IMG/VR virus record: IMGVR_UViG_3300018495_000076
Coordinates: 32,001-96,000 of that record
From: a virus
Taxonomy: Duplodnaviria; Caudoviricetes
DNA length: 64,000 bases
Reading direction: 5' to 3' (one strand)
Shown here piece after piece: positions 1 through 10,422 of this stretch; the stretch's first letter is position 1; the number at the start of each line of letters is the position of its first letter. Position numbers and translations under genes: made by a program. Below the pieces are notes generated by a model that ran no database searches, had not been told where the DNA came from, and saw nothing but the letters and a program-made list of their open reading frames with translations.

Positions 1-68
1 ATTGTATCAATTTTCTGTTTGGTTTCTGTGTAGTTTTTCATAATTTATACCTCTACTTTCATATAAAA

Positions 69-263
69 TCACTCTTTTATGTGGTTGTTTAACTTCTCTG
101 CCTTATGCTCTGCTTGTTTCTTGAATAGATAGCACCACTTTAATCCTTTAAGTCCGTACCACTTCAAGCAACATTTCAAATGTCCTCGCAAATTATAAGG
201 CATTACATCATAATAGATATTATCGTTTCTATCGTAATACTTGTCTACTTTCCATAATGTCAT
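69..263 (-). CDS. hypothetical phage protein
   Basis: ORF with SD (AGAGGT), part of tightly packed minus-strand array. Confidence 0.7.
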   Translation of the reverse strand: MTLWKVDKYYDRNDNIYYDVMPYNLRGHLKCCLKWYGLKGLKWCYLFKKQAEHKAEKLNNHIKE

Positions 264-296
264 ATATCTTTACCTCTTAAAATCGTCATTTTATTA

Positions 297-512
297 TTAA
301 AGTTCCGTCAAATCAAAATCTTCAAACTCTGCAATGGATTCTCCAAGTTCCAATGTCAGCCAACCACCTTTGACAAAATAACCTTTAACATCCATTCCAT
401 CCAATTCTTCTTCTGGAATATTATCGTCAATCTCAATTCCGTTTTTGTCAAAGATTTCAACCACATCTGCGGTCTTATATATATCTAATCTCTTAAATTC
501 TGCATAAGTCAT
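297..512 (-). CDS. hypothetical acidic phage protein
   Basis: ORF with GGAGGT SD. Confidence 0.75.
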   Translation of the reverse strand: MTYAEFKRLDIYKTADVVEIFDKNGIEIDDNIPEEELDGMDVKGYFVKGGWLTLELGESIAEFEDFDLTEL

Positions 513-532
513 TTTGTTTACCTCCTATAAAA

Positions 533-802
533 TTATCCTTTTAATCTCCGTTCTAACAAATATTTTTTCAAAAGATACTGTTTATCTTTTTCAATTTGTT
601 CAATATGTTGATACAGATAAACAATATATTCATAAAGTTCTGTGGTAAGTTGTCTACTTTCTTCAAGAGCATAACCACGATGATTTGCTATTTCAAGAAA
701 AACTTGTGCATATCTAATATCATGTAGGCGATTTTCAGAACTTTTATCAATCTTTAATTTATCCATTGTTGGAGAAACGAAGTCTTTGCATCCATTTTTC
801 AT
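533..802 (-). CDS. hypothetical phage protein
   Basis: ORF with GGAGGT SD. Confidence 0.75.
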   Translation of the reverse strand: MKNGCKDFVSPTMDKLKIDKSSENRLHDIRYAQVFLEIANHRGYALEESRQLTTELYEYIVYLYQHIEQIEKDKQYLLKKYLLERRLKG

Positions 803-816
803 AACACAACCTCCTC

Positions 817-1503
817 TTAAAACACAATATTTGTTTCTGCCGTGATTTTTGCCACCAACTGATCCAACTCATCATATTTGGCAAGCAGATATTTCAGTTC
901 GTCAATGGTAATTTCTCTCTTTGCACTATCATAGAAACTATCACTATTTTCATAGACATAAATTGTACCATCACTGCATGTTGCAATGTGAACACCGAAT
1001 GTTGTGTTGTAATTCTTGTTTCTGAATTTTTCTTTCAGAACGGAGTATTCATCATGCTCCAGGAAGTATTTCTCCTCCTGATGTTTGCATTCCTTTAACT
1101 GACGATGGAATGCTTCATCAACCAAATCATCATAAGTGTCATAATCCCCCTTGTAACGATATGTGATATTTCTGTGCATTCCAAGAAGATAATACCTACC
1201 ATAGTTGTACATAATGTCAACAATAGGTCTGTTATACTTTGTGTCATTTCTTTTAACCCATGCTATCAGAGAAACCGTTTTGACATCTCCCCATTTGTCT
1301 TTTGGTAATGCGACTTTGTCCTCATTGAACTTTTCAATCAGCGCCAAGACATAACTCAATTTTCCATCTTGCATACGATCAACAAACTCAATCTTGTCTT
1401 CTCGTGATACCTGTGACTCACAAGCATATATTTTTTCTTTACCTACAATCAATCCTCTTCTTTCATTCAACAATGCCATTTCTTCAACTTTCCAATTAAA
1501 CAT
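817..1503 (-). CDS. hypothetical phage protein (228 aa)
   Basis: long ORF with AAGGAGG SD. Confidence 0.85.
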   Translation of the reverse strand: MFNWKVEEMALLNERRGLIVGKEKIYACESQVSREDKIEFVDRMQDGKLSYVLALIEKFNEDKVALPKDKWGDVKTVSLIAWVKRNDTKYNRPIVDIMYNYGRYYLLGMHRNITYRYKGDYDTYDDLVDEAFHRQLKECKHQEEKYFLEHDEYSVLKEKFRNKNYNTTFGVHIATCSDGTIYVYENSDSFYDSAKREITIDELKYLLAKYDELDQLVAKITAETNIVF

Positions 1504-1539
1504 AATTAAATCCTCCTTTAAAATAGTAGTTTTATATGC

Positions 1540-1710
1540 TTACATTTCCAATATTGTTTGTGCCACTCTCATTTTAATTTCTTCTATGCACTCTTTGGGC
1601 GTATCAAAACTTTCCATTGTTCCGTTATTTTTTGTTCCACCACCAACTGAAAAATATTTGCTACCATCATCAAGTTTAATAATTTCTATAAAAATTCTCT
1701 GCTCTTTCAT
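1540..1710 (-). CDS. small hypothetical protein (56 aa, MKEQRIFIEII...), not in ORF track
   Basis: GGAGG SD, fills the gap exactly, flanked by two TAAAA-N6-TTTTA sites. Confidence 0.7.
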   Translation of the reverse strand: MKEQRIFIEIIKLDDGSKYFSVGGGTKNNGTMESFDTPKECIEEIKMRVAQTILEM

Positions 1711-1740
1711 TTGTTAAATCCTCCGCTTAAAATGTGATTT

Positions 1741-1983
1741 TTATTGTACAACTTCGACTTCGTCTGTGTCTGCCTTGTTCAATGGATAAATTCCATATTC
1801 ACATTCACATGCTCGACCACTCGCAATCCATTTTTTGTTCGTTGCGTCTATTCCAAGTTCATTGTTTTCTGTCTTGTAGACCTTTTCGGTACGACCATCC
1901 TCGTATCGGATAACACATCCATCGGTAATTTCTGTTCCATTTTTGTCGAAATACGTTCTTGTTCCATTTTCTGTTTTAATCAT
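1741..1983 (-). CDS. hypothetical protein with YopX-like DKNGxEI motif
   Basis: TYFDKNGTEITDG motif; start chosen by SD spacing. Confidence 0.6.
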   Translation of the reverse strand: MIKTENGTRTYFDKNGTEITDGCVIRYEDGRTEKVYKTENNELGIDATNKKWIASGRACECEYGIYPLNKADTDEVEVVQ

Positions 1984-2092
1984 AATCATTTTCCTTTCTG
2001 CCACGGTATTATGAGCCGCCGTGGCCCGGCATAATTATTTTAAATCATTTTGTGTTGTAATGTGTTAATTCAGCGTTAACATTTTGCGAATT

Positions 2093-2362
2093 TTAAAGCA
2101 CTTCCCTTGCTTCAATAATTACTTCGGATACATAATCGCTAAACATATTGTCTACATAAACACCCCAATAATCAATGGTATCAAACAGTTCACAAGTTTG
2201 ATTTGCAAGTGCCTCCTCAACCCAATCAACTTTCTTTTCTTCTTCAACAAGTTCGTTGAATTTCACAACTGCGTCTGCATAATCTACATACAAGTAAGCG
2301 TCCGCATAGTCATCTTTTTCCTCACGGCGAATTCTTTTTACTTCATATAATACAAATTTCAT
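2093..2362 (-). CDS. hypothetical acidic phage protein
   Basis: ORF with SD. Confidence 0.7.
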   Translation of the reverse strand: MKFVLYEVKRIRREEKDDYADAYLYVDYADAVVKFNELVEEEKKVDWVEEALANQTCELFDTIDYWGVYVDNMFSDYVSEVIIEAREVL

Positions 2363-2706
2363 ATTATTCTTCCTCCCTCATCAATTTTGTTATCAAACTC
2401 ATTGGAAAACTTGCTCCATATTGTTCCTCAAGCAATTTCACAGAAAATTCGGTTATTTCTCTACCAACTTCCGTAACACCTTTTTTAAGGGCTACTTTAC
2501 GCTCTTTGTCATTCATATTTTCAATATCTTCATTTGTGTAACAAGACCCGTATAGATTAACTTCGGTCACACTACACTTCGCAAGTTTTTTAATATAGGT
2601 TTCAGTCAAGTAGTCAATCGCTTCCCAATATGCACTATTCGAAACATTATTCATAATTTCATTGGTACTAAATTTCACATTCATTGTATCCATTATCATT
2701 TCCTCC

Positions 2707-2961
2707 TTATTCCCATCCAAGGGCATAACCCTTAGTGACATCAAACATATGCACACCAAACCACTCTTCGAGCATAGTTAAAACCTCATTGTCGTATTCT
2801 TCAAGGTCTATGCCACGATCCTCTAAGAATTCATCCAATGTAAGTCTGTAATTATCAAGATAAACATCAAATGCCTTGAGAATGTTTGCCTTGCATTCCT
2901 TTTTTGTCTTGCCTATTGCATAAAGCTCATAACTTAAGTCTCTTACGATTCCAATATACAT
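2707..2961 (-). CDS. hypothetical phage protein
   Basis: GAGGAGG SD before MYIGIVR. Confidence 0.7.
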   Translation of the reverse strand: MYIGIVRDLSYELYAIGKTKKECKANILKAFDVYLDNYRLTLDEFLEDRGIDLEEYDNEVLTMLEEWFGVHMFDVTKGYALGWE

Positions 2962-2962
2962 A

Positions 2963-3280
2963 TTAATTTTCCTCCTCAATTTCATATATTGTAATGCAGT
3001 TATACTGCTCTTTACCAATTGTTTCAACTTCAAACTCGACTTCTATGTCATTGAACCACATTCCCCTTACTTGCACACTAACAAATGCGTCCAAACAAGG
3101 TATGCTCGTCCAATATCCACCAAGAGTTTGTATGGAGATATTAAAATCTTCTCCGTTGAACCTACTGTCATGTTCAAGCACATAAAGTAGCTCATTGATT
3201 GTGTGCTTGACTCTGTCCTTCATGAACATATGTGCTTTGAAAGCCCATGTAAGTTTGTTCTTAAATGTCTGCCGTGTCAT
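2963..3280 (-). CDS. hypothetical phage protein
   Basis: GGAGG SD before MTRQTFK. Confidence 0.65.
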   Translation of the reverse strand: MTRQTFKNKLTWAFKAHMFMKDRVKHTINELLYVLEHDSRFNGEDFNISIQTLGGYWTSIPCLDAFVSVQVRGMWFNDIEVEFEVETIGKEQYNCITIYEIEEEN

Positions 3281-3563
3281 CTTCTTCATCCTCCATATAA
3301 ATAGTAAATCCAATTCCCTGAATGCAATCGCATTCTTTTTCGATAAACTCTTCGGTAAGCATTGCAATATCAGCTTCGTCTGCTCTTTCAGATTCTCCAT
3401 CTCCAAAGCAGTAAATTCTAACATCGACATCAATTGTGCCAGTCATTTCCCCACCACAATCTGTGTTGAAAAAGTCATCCTCATCTTGCACAAAACCCGG
3501 TGCATAAAATTCATAGGATTTAAATCCGTCCGTTGCTATAACATGGCTAAAAATCTTACTCAT
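3261..3563 (-). CDS. hypothetical, very acidic protein
   Basis: SD AAGGAGG; D/E-rich. Confidence 0.7.
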   Translation of the reverse strand: MSKIFSHVIATDGFKSYEFYAPGFVQDEDDFFNTDCGGEMTGTIDVDVRIYCFGDGESERADEADIAMLTEEFIEKECDCIQGIGFTIYMEDEEDDTADI

Positions 3564-3565
3564 GA

Positions 3566-3787
3566 TTAAACCTCCTTGTTTTTGTTGATTTCAATAGTGT
3601 GTGTAGGTTCATCCTCGTTGTAGTTTGCATACACAATCAATCTTGTGCCACCTTCTGTAGGATGTTCCATAACATCAAGCATACAAACAATTTCTCCATC
3701 GAGTAGCAGTTCTACCCCTTTGGCAATGCCATCATCATAAGTTCGTACTTGAATTACTCCCGCTTTCGTTATGCATTCATTTTTCAT
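3566..3787 (-). CDS. hypothetical phage protein
   Basis: ORF with SD. Confidence 0.7.
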   Translation of the reverse strand: MKNECITKAGVIQVRTYDDGIAKGVELLLDGEIVCMLDVMEHPTEGGTRLIVYANYNEDEPTHTIEINKNKEV

Positions 3788-3789
3788 GC

Positions 3790-5031
3790 TTATTTCTCCT
3801 CTCCGAGCAATTTATTTTTATAAGTTTCAACAAGTTCGTTGATATATTGGGGGTCTTGATCACCATAGAACCAACCAATTAAATCACCACTCTGCTTAAT
3901 TGTGTAATCCATCACAAATGTAATATCAGAGCATTTGTGGTCGTTATCGTAGCCAACAAGCAGTTCCTTGTCGATACCAATAAGGCTTCTGATAACATTT
4001 CTTACCACTCTTGGGTTAATATTTCTCATGCTGTACATATTCAGATTACCAAAGTTGCAATGGTAGCACTCTGTGTAATGCTTCACATCTTTAAGAATCA
4101 CATTATACCAACAGATGATATCGGAAATATCCTCTTTGCCTTCAACGAATTGATTAATGAATTCACTCAAACTTCCGCATTTCCAACCCCAATCATTCCA
4201 ATCTTCTTGCAATGCAACACGGATGATATCCTTCAATTCAGCAGGTCTATACTCACTACCAACCGTATTACCAGTTGTGGGATTGCCATTTCCGTATTCC
4301 TCTTCGTACATCTCACGAAGAGCAAAGGCAATTTCATTCACGGAATCGGCATAGTAATCAATTTCAATCTCATGCTCACCAACGGAAATACGAATCTTAT
4401 GGTCTTCATACCACTGATTCTCGTCGATACTTCCATCCTCGAACTCCTCCACAGGTGGACAAACAAGCGCCTCTCTGCTGAATTCCTCATAGTTTTTCAG
4501 TGTGTACTTTTTCATTTTTGTTTCCTCCTCAAATTTAGGTTTAATAACTTCATCGTTGCCTTCGTATACAGTTGCCCAGTACGGATGTTCTGTTAAGTTA
4601 TGGATACTTTCATTGTTCAGCATTTCAATTTCTTCATCCGTATTGCCGTGAATTTTGTTATAATTATTTGCCACATCCCAAGCAAAATCGTAATTGTCTG
4701 TTTTTACAAGTGTAAGAATGCTGTTATAAGTTGTTTTGCTTCTAATATCTACACAATACATTGTTTTATTTTCCTCCTCTTTCATAGGTGCTTCGTACCA
4801 CATAACAACAACATGCTCGTTAGAATTGTCAAAATCTACAGCCTGCAAATCCTCATCAAGATTGCCTAAATCCCATAAGTGTTCAAGTACATCTTTTTGG
4901 CACTGCCTATTGGTTGGGTCAAAACTTTCAATATGCTCGTAAGGGATTACATAACTACAAGTTGTTGACTTCTTTGCCATCTGGATAATTTCCTTTGCCC
5001 ACTGTTTTACAAGTGCATTTGTGTGTTTCAT
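3790..5031 (-). CDS. hypothetical multi-module protein, apparent in-frame fusion of about 3 small genes
   Basis: internal in-frame SD+ATG at about 4761 and 4515. Confidence 0.75.
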   Translation of the reverse strand: MKHTNALVKQWAKEIIQMAKKSTTCSYVIPYEHIESFDPTNRQCQKDVLEHLWDLGNLDEDLQAVDFDNSNEHVVVMWYEAPMKEEENKTMYCVDIRSKTTYNSILTLVKTDNYDFAWDVANNYNKIHGNTDEEIEMLNNESIHNLTEHPYWATVYEGNDEVIKPKFEEETKMKKYTLKNYEEFSREALVCPPVEEFEDGSIDENQWYEDHKIRISVGEHEIEIDYYADSVNEIAFALREMYEEEYGNGNPTTGNTVGSEYRPAELKDIIRVALQEDWNDWGWKCGSLSEFINQFVEGKEDISDIICWYNVILKDVKHYTECYHCNFGNLNMYSMRNINPRVVRNVIRSLIGIDKELLVGYDNDHKCSDITFVMDYTIKQSGDLIGWFYGDQDPQYINELVETYKNKLLGEEK

Positions 5032-5294
5032 AATATTAATCCTCCATAAGATTTTTAAATATTTCAATGATTGTTGCTTCTGGGTTTTTGTATTCCTTCA
5101 AGTGTGCACGAATATCACACTTGGTAATTACATCCAATGGCTTTTCTGGGCACACTTGTTCAATGATAGCCTTAAACTCAATCTCATAAGTTTTCAATTT
5201 GACCACCCCCTTTCTTTGCAAAGCAATGTAACGATCAAACAATGCACAAACCAAAGCACTGCTTCGTGTCGAATTCATGTAGCGTTTTTCCATT

Positions 5295-5978
5295 TTAAGA
5301 ACCCTCCTCTTCATCAAACAATTCTCTTTCCCATTCATCGAACAATGTTTCTGGTGCCATCCAGTCAAGATGGTCAAACAAATCTTCGGCAAGTCTTTCG
5401 TTGCCGTTGCAGACGTCAAGCAAATCCTGTCTTGTGTATCCTTGTATTGCCACATACGGATTATTTACAAGTTCCGAAGCAAGGAATTCTTTGTCTGATA
5501 AATGGTCTAAGTCGTTACTAAATTCAAAACCATACTCATTGATGTAGCACACCCCCTCTCCTGTTTCAAATGCATGCCTATCTTTATAGACAACACCGTT
5601 ATTCTTGTAATTTCCAAACTGACCATACTCTCCAAAATAATAGGTTGTGCCACCAATAACCAATTTCCATCCAGCCGGATAAACTTTTTTAATTTTCATT
5701 TTCTCAAATCCTCCAATTCTTTTCAAATGGCTCTTAATAACTTTGTGAAAAGCTTCTTGCTCACAGTCAAAGATGGTATCGTTTTCACAAACCTCACATA
5801 TTACATCCAAAGCAATATCTGTGATATTAATGTTTGCCGTGCTTGGATCGATATTGTAATCTTCGGCAAGCTTTAAAGCAACCTCATCTTTGTAATTTCT
5901 AATTCTTACTTCGGTGTAGGTGTCACACATTTCTTGTTCTGTAAGTTCAATTTCTTTTCCGTCACGATAAATTTTCAT
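5295..5978 (-). CDS. hypothetical phage protein (possible fusion, internal SD+ATG near 5699)
   Basis: ORF with SD. Confidence 0.75.
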   Translation of the reverse strand: MKIYRDGKEIELTEQEMCDTYTEVRIRNYKDEVALKLAEDYNIDPSTANINITDIALDVICEVCENDTIFDCEQEAFHKVIKSHLKRIGGFEKMKIKKVYPAGWKLVIGGTTYYFGEYGQFGNYKNNGVVYKDRHAFETGEGVCYINEYGFEFSNDLDHLSDKEFLASELVNNPYVAIQGYTRQDLLDVCNGNERLAEDLFDHLDWMAPETLFDEWERELFDEEEGS

Positions 5979-5981
5979 GGC

Positions 5982-6263
5982 TTATACCTCCTTTCCAGAA
6001 AATCTAGGCAAGAACCAAGAATCATTGCTAAAATCAATGGGATATACTTCACGGTTAATTGCCTTATAGATACCAACGATGTCATGGACAAAGTTGAAAT
6101 CATCTGCTTCAAGCCAATCTTCAAGCCTCATGTTGAAATATCTTGTGGCATTCTGCACATCCAAATAGGCTGTAATACGGTTGTCCTCATACAACCCCAT
6201 GCTCTGTGCACGGTCTACAATTTTGTTGATAAGTTCATAGTCTTTCTTGGTAAGTTTTTTCAT
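5982..6263 (-). CDS. hypothetical phage protein
   Basis: ORF with SD. Confidence 0.75.
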   Translation of the reverse strand: MKKLTKKDYELINKIVDRAQSMGLYEDNRITAYLDVQNATRYFNMRLEDWLEADDFNFVHDIVGIYKAINREVYPIDFSNDSWFLPRFSGKEV

Positions 6264-6280
6264 TGTTCATTCCTCCAATA

Positions 6281-6493
6281 TTATTTTTCATTTTTGCCAA
6301 GTTCATATGCTGCTTTGAGTGCGGCTTCTAAACTCCACACTGATGTTTCGAAGAAGTCATCTGTGTCAGAGTAATATGTCTTGAGAGTTGTTCTGTCTTG
6401 CAATTCTGGGATATGTTTGTTGGCAATTGTGGTCAGTTTCTTTTCAAGAGCAGTTAACTGACATGAATTTCTGCTGTTGTTTACGAGTTTCAT
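6281..6493 (-). CDS. hypothetical phage protein
   Basis: ORF with SD; C-terminal DFFETSVWSLEAALKAAYELG motif. Confidence 0.7.
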   Translation of the reverse strand: MKLVNNSRNSCQLTALEKKLTTIANKHIPELQDRTTLKTYYSDTDDFFETSVWSLEAALKAAYELGKNEK

Positions 6494-7023
6494 TACTTAC
6501 CACCTCCTTTCCAACCATATACTGCAGCCACATCTTTGTAGAGTGACTTCGTATAATAGTTTAATTTGCTTCTGCTAATCTCTTCGCCGTTATAAATTGC
6601 GTCGAGAAGATTATTGATGTTTCTATCCTCACGGATTACCCTATATAAGTAGTGGTTGACTCCATCATGATGATGTTCAGTTCCTCGGATATCATATCCA
6701 TCTCCATAAAACTCTGCATACTCTTCATCACAATAAAGAATGTCTTTAATATTTCGGCTGTTGATGATTCTGTAACCGCTTTTTCTGCCATTCCACAAAC
6801 CGAGGTCGGCAATTAAAAGAATTCTGCCGTCAACTACTTTGTTGAGATTCACTCTCTCGTCACAGAGATACTCTTCATTTGTTTCAACCATCCACTCGTA
6901 GATTGCATCTTCATCATTAGGGTCAAGGTCTTCAATCTCGTTGATTTCGAGAAATTCTTTGTAGCCATCTTTCCAATCGTTAATGTCCAGATTTATACTG
7001 CTCCAAATTGTGTACTTTTTCAT
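6493..7023 (-). CDS. hypothetical phage protein
   Basis: AAGGAGG SD before MKKYTIWS. Confidence 0.8.
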   Translation of the reverse strand: MKKYTIWSSINLDINDWKDGYKEFLEINEIEDLDPNDEDAIYEWMVETNEEYLCDERVNLNKVVDGRILLIADLGLWNGRKSGYRIINSRNIKDILYCDEEYAEFYGDGYDIRGTEHHHDGVNHYLYRVIREDRNINNLLDAIYNGEEISRSKLNYYTKSLYKDVAAVYGWKGGGK

Positions 7024-7036
7024 TTTTGTATCCTCC

Positions 7037-7288
7037 TTAAAATTTCGGCGCATTTAAGTCTTCTTCTGTTACTCTCCAACCAATGGGTGTGTATCCCAGT
7101 GCGGATAAAAAAGCATAATATATGGTATTCAGCCACTCTATTCTCGTTTTGTCATTGCCTTTGATTTTATCAAAGACATCCATGTCAATAAATCGTTGTT
7201 GCTCCTCCTCGGTCATTTTTTCCCATGTCCATGATTTTTTGATAACATTTTGAAAATAATTTTCTACTGCGTTTGAGTATTTTTTCAT
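7037..7288 (-). CDS. hypothetical phage protein
   Basis: ORF with SD. Confidence 0.75.
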   Translation of the reverse strand: MKKYSNAVENYFQNVIKKSWTWEKMTEEEQQRFIDMDVFDKIKGNDKTRIEWLNTIYYAFLSALGYTPIGWRVTEEDLNAPKF

Positions 7289-7301
7289 AATTCATTCCTC
7301 C

Positions 7302-7598
7302 TTAAATTTTCTTGATTCCCGGTATTATTGCTTCGCCATCAAACATTACGCTCAACAAGTTTTGTGGTGTCCACCAATTGCGTCCATAGCCGTAGTAACC
7401 CTCAAAGTTTGCACCAAACTCTGTGTACACATCTCCGTCGCAATTCCAATCTGCCTCGACGGTATGGAACGGCTCAAGCTGTTTGCAAACCCTACCATTC
7501 TTCCAATGGATTTCATGGTCTGTACGAGTTATATCAATTTCGTACTTATCACAAAAGAAACCTCTTTCAATAGACCATCCAGAATGCTCCAATCTCAT
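7302..7598 (-). CDS. hypothetical phage protein
   Basis: AAGGAGGT SD before MRLEHSG. Confidence 0.7.
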   Translation of the reverse strand: MRLEHSGWSIERGFFCDKYEIDITRTDHEIHWKNGRVCKQLEPFHTVEADWNCDGDVYTEFGANFEGYYGYGRNWWTPQNLLSVMFDGEAIIPGIKKI

Positions 7599-7599
7599 T

Positions 7600-8163
7600 T
7601 TATTCCACCTCCTTTCTATACTCATCATACTCTGCCTTTGTTAGCAGTTGTTTCATATAATGCTTATCTTGGTATTCGTTGACGATAAACTCATCAAAGC
7701 ACACCCAGATTTCACTTCCGAAGCCATAATCAAATTCCCAAACATCAAACACAGTTTCAAGATCATCATTGGCTTCTTCCATACAGACAGACAACTCTCC
7801 AATCAACTGTGTCAATGTATATCCATGACGCAACATCCAGTCGAGTTGATACTTTTCGTAAGCAATTTGTTTGATATTCATCTTGCTTTCCTCCTTGAAA
7901 TTGGGATTAATAACACCCCATTCATTTATTATCCTGATACACTCAATTGATTCCTCTGTTACCTCACACTCTTCTACCCTAAGGTCGAGTTCATACACTT
8001 TTGGGGCATTTACGAAGAATGATTCTACACTTCTGCATTGAAGTTTTACAAACAGCTCATATGCCTCCGTATAAGTATCAAATCTTCCAAAACCAATTCC
8101 GTAGTCAGTAACTTCAAGGTCTTGGTTATAACCAAGACCACATACATAATATTTGATTGCCAT
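7600..8163 (-). CDS. hypothetical protein, probable two-gene fusion
   Basis: internal SD+ATG (FKEESK-MNIK). Confidence 0.75.
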   Translation of the reverse strand: MAIKYYVCGLGYNQDLEVTDYGIGFGRFDTYTEAYELFVKLQCRSVESFFVNAPKVYELDLRVEECEVTEESIECIRIINEWGVINPNFKEESKMNIKQIAYEKYQLDWMLRHGYTLTQLIGELSVCMEEANDDLETVFDVWEFDYGFGSEIWVCFDEFIVNEYQDKHYMKQLLTKAEYDEYRKEVE

Positions 8164-8399
8164 TATTCTTCATCCTCCTCTTCGTAGTCATCGTCGTAAT
8201 CTACCGCACCAATCTGTTCACCCTCTGTGATTACCACAGCTTTGAAATCTTTGCCATAGAACACTCGTACTTTATGCTCTTCCACATCATAGTTAATTTC
8301 CATTGCAAAATCACTGCCATACTTTTGTTTCATGCCAATTACAACCTCCATATCTTCGTCGAAGTTCTCAAGCATTTCAATTAAATCTCTTACTGTCAT
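8163..8399 (-). CDS. hypothetical acidic protein
   Basis: MTVRDLIEMLE start typical of small phage proteins. Confidence 0.75.
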   Translation of the reverse strand: MTVRDLIEMLENFDEDMEVVIGMKQKYGSDFAMEINYDVEEHKVRVFYGKDFKAVVITEGEQIGAVDYDDDYEEEDEE

Positions 8400-8430
8400 A
8401 GTTAATTCCTCCCTTAAATTATCGTTTTAT

Positions 8431-8730
8431 TTATACTAATTTTCCACAGTTATGCATATGCAACGAACCACAATGCATAACTGCTTTAACACCAAATCTG
8501 TGTACTGAATTATAGTTGTCGATCATATCCAATAATTCTTCTTTGCACAAGCAGTTGTAAGATTCGATAACCAATTCGGCATTGTCATTGTTGGATATGA
8601 GCCAACTTTGATGAACAAAAAATCCAGATGGACATTTCTCTTGATAAATGCCAAAGCCTTCGTATTCATCTCTAAGCACATATTTGTCCTGTGTTCCATA
8701 TACATTTTTAATTGTGATAATTCTTTTCAT
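8431..8730 (-). CDS. hypothetical phage protein
   Basis: ORF with SD. Confidence 0.7.
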   Translation of the reverse strand: MKRIITIKNVYGTQDKYVLRDEYEGFGIYQEKCPSGFFVHQSWLISNNDNAELVIESYNCLCKEELLDMIDNYNSVHRFGVKAVMHCGSLHMHNCGKLV

Positions 8731-8744
8731 ATCAATTTCCTCCA

Positions 8745-9266
8745 TTACCATTTTCGATTAAAGTCGTGATCCCAACTTGCACCATCGTAAGCATCGGTCA
8801 AATAATCTATTAATTCGGCCAATGTCCAATTAACTCTCATAAAAATCTCCTTGCCATCTGTAGAAAAATTGTAAATTTCTTCGTCCCACCAGAATCCCCA
8901 CAAGTCTTGATCTCTGTCGTAATGCTCAAAGAAATCATGCCATTCTGTCGGCTTCTCCTTGGGATAATTATAACCAGATAAAGGAAGACCATTATCGTAA
9001 TGAAGAGTTTCCATACAATCGCTAATCCTTGCAATAGCGTGTACCGAACCTGGACGAGTTCCCTTGAGTATTATATTGTCAGCACAACTCAAACAGTTGT
9101 TCAATACTTCATTGTCATCCAATTCTCTTAATAATTCTGTCGCCTCGCCAACAGTTACCCCCTTGAATATTTTTGTCAGAATAACACACGCCTCATTCAA
9201 ATCGTTCGACAATGCCTTTGTAAGTTCATCTGCGTATCTTTCAATCATTTTTTCAACATTCTTCAT
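8745..9266 (-). CDS. hypothetical phage protein
   Basis: AGGAGG SD before MKNVEKM. Confidence 0.75.
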   Translation of the reverse strand: MKNVEKMIERYADELTKALSNDLNEACVILTKIFKGVTVGEATELLRELDDNEVLNNCLSCADNIILKGTRPGSVHAIARISDCMETLHYDNGLPLSGYNYPKEKPTEWHDFFEHYDRDQDLWGFWWDEEIYNFSTDGKEIFMRVNWTLAELIDYLTDAYDGASWDHDFNRKW

Positions 9267-9286
9267 TTGTAATTTCCTCCTAAATA

Positions 9287-9688
9287 TCAAATCAATTCAT
9301 AAAGTGTATCAAATCCACATTCTTTACACCAATCACACTTGGACTCAACTGCGTCCATTTCATCCACATAATGTGTAAGTGTTGCTTGGTTTCCCTCATG
9401 GCACTCAATGCCCATAAGACAATGTTCACAGACCCACAAGGTTTCTCTTGGCTCGTAGTCATCTCCATAGGGAATAGATTCCCATCCCTCATAGAAAGGA
9501 ATGTTATAATCATCAAGCAGTTTGTTTACCATAAATTCCTCAAGGCAATTATCTTGGTCGGTATTATGCCACTCAATATAATACTCATCAAGAGATTTCA
9601 GCATTGCTTCTTTGGCAGATTCATACTTGTCATGCAACTCAATTTTCAAGGTGCGTTCAAAGCACACAACATCGTATTCAATAATCAT
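9287..9688 (-). CDS. hypothetical protein with CxxC...CxxC zinc motif
   Basis: CEHC and CDWC motifs. Confidence 0.7.
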   Translation of the reverse strand: MIIEYDVVCFERTLKIELHDKYESAKEAMLKSLDEYYIEWHNTDQDNCLEEFMVNKLLDDYNIPFYEGWESIPYGDDYEPRETLWVCEHCLMGIECHEGNQATLTHYVDEMDAVESKCDWCKECGFDTLYELI

Positions 9689-9689
9689 T

Positions 9690-9983
9690 TTATTTTACCT
9701 CCTCTAATTTTGTAATGGGCAACGGATTTTTCTCGAAACATCCATAATACCAATCACACAGTGTTTCAATGGTATCATAGTTCCAAATCTCATCCCAATA
9801 CTGTTTGTCGCTTGCATTAGGATGTTCTTCATAAAAGAGTTCGCTGATATAGCTCATATAGCCATCAAAAAATGCATAACAAATATGTTCGTCAATGCCC
9901 ATATTGTTATGATAATCGGATACATAGATGCTATTCAGCACCACTTGGTTTCTCAATCTTTGCAATTCATTTTTGTTCAACAT
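9690..9983 (-). CDS. hypothetical phage protein
   Basis: ORF with SD. Confidence 0.7.
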   Translation of the reverse strand: MLNKNELQRLRNQVVLNSIYVSDYHNNMGIDEHICYAFFDGYMSYISELFYEEHPNASDKQYWDEIWNYDTIETLCDWYYGCFEKNPLPITKLEEVK

Positions 9984-10422
9984 TTTATTTTTCCTCCAAG
10001 CCAAATATTTGTACAATATCCTCAAAACTGTTTACATACATAGGTACTCCATGAAACTCCATTTCTGTTACTGGATCATCTGATCCCGGACCAACATAAT
10101 CTTCTGCCCACCACATTTTTCTAAGTTCCTCGATGGAGTTAAAGTTCCATTCTCTGTATTCTCCGTCTATATTAATTGTTACAAATGTCAACATATTATT
10201 GCCTCCTTGAGGGGTAGGTTTTTGCCTACCCCTATTATAATCATTTTGCTTTGTGCTTACAACGACCAATTGCCAATGTTATTGCCGTTGATATCTTGAA
10301 TTTTACCTTCGGTTTCGCCATTCTTAATGCGTTGCAAAATTCTTTCGAATATGCATTCGATCTGATAGTCCATGCCATATTCTTCAAATGCCGCATTATC
10401 GGTGTTGAATTTAATTGTCATA

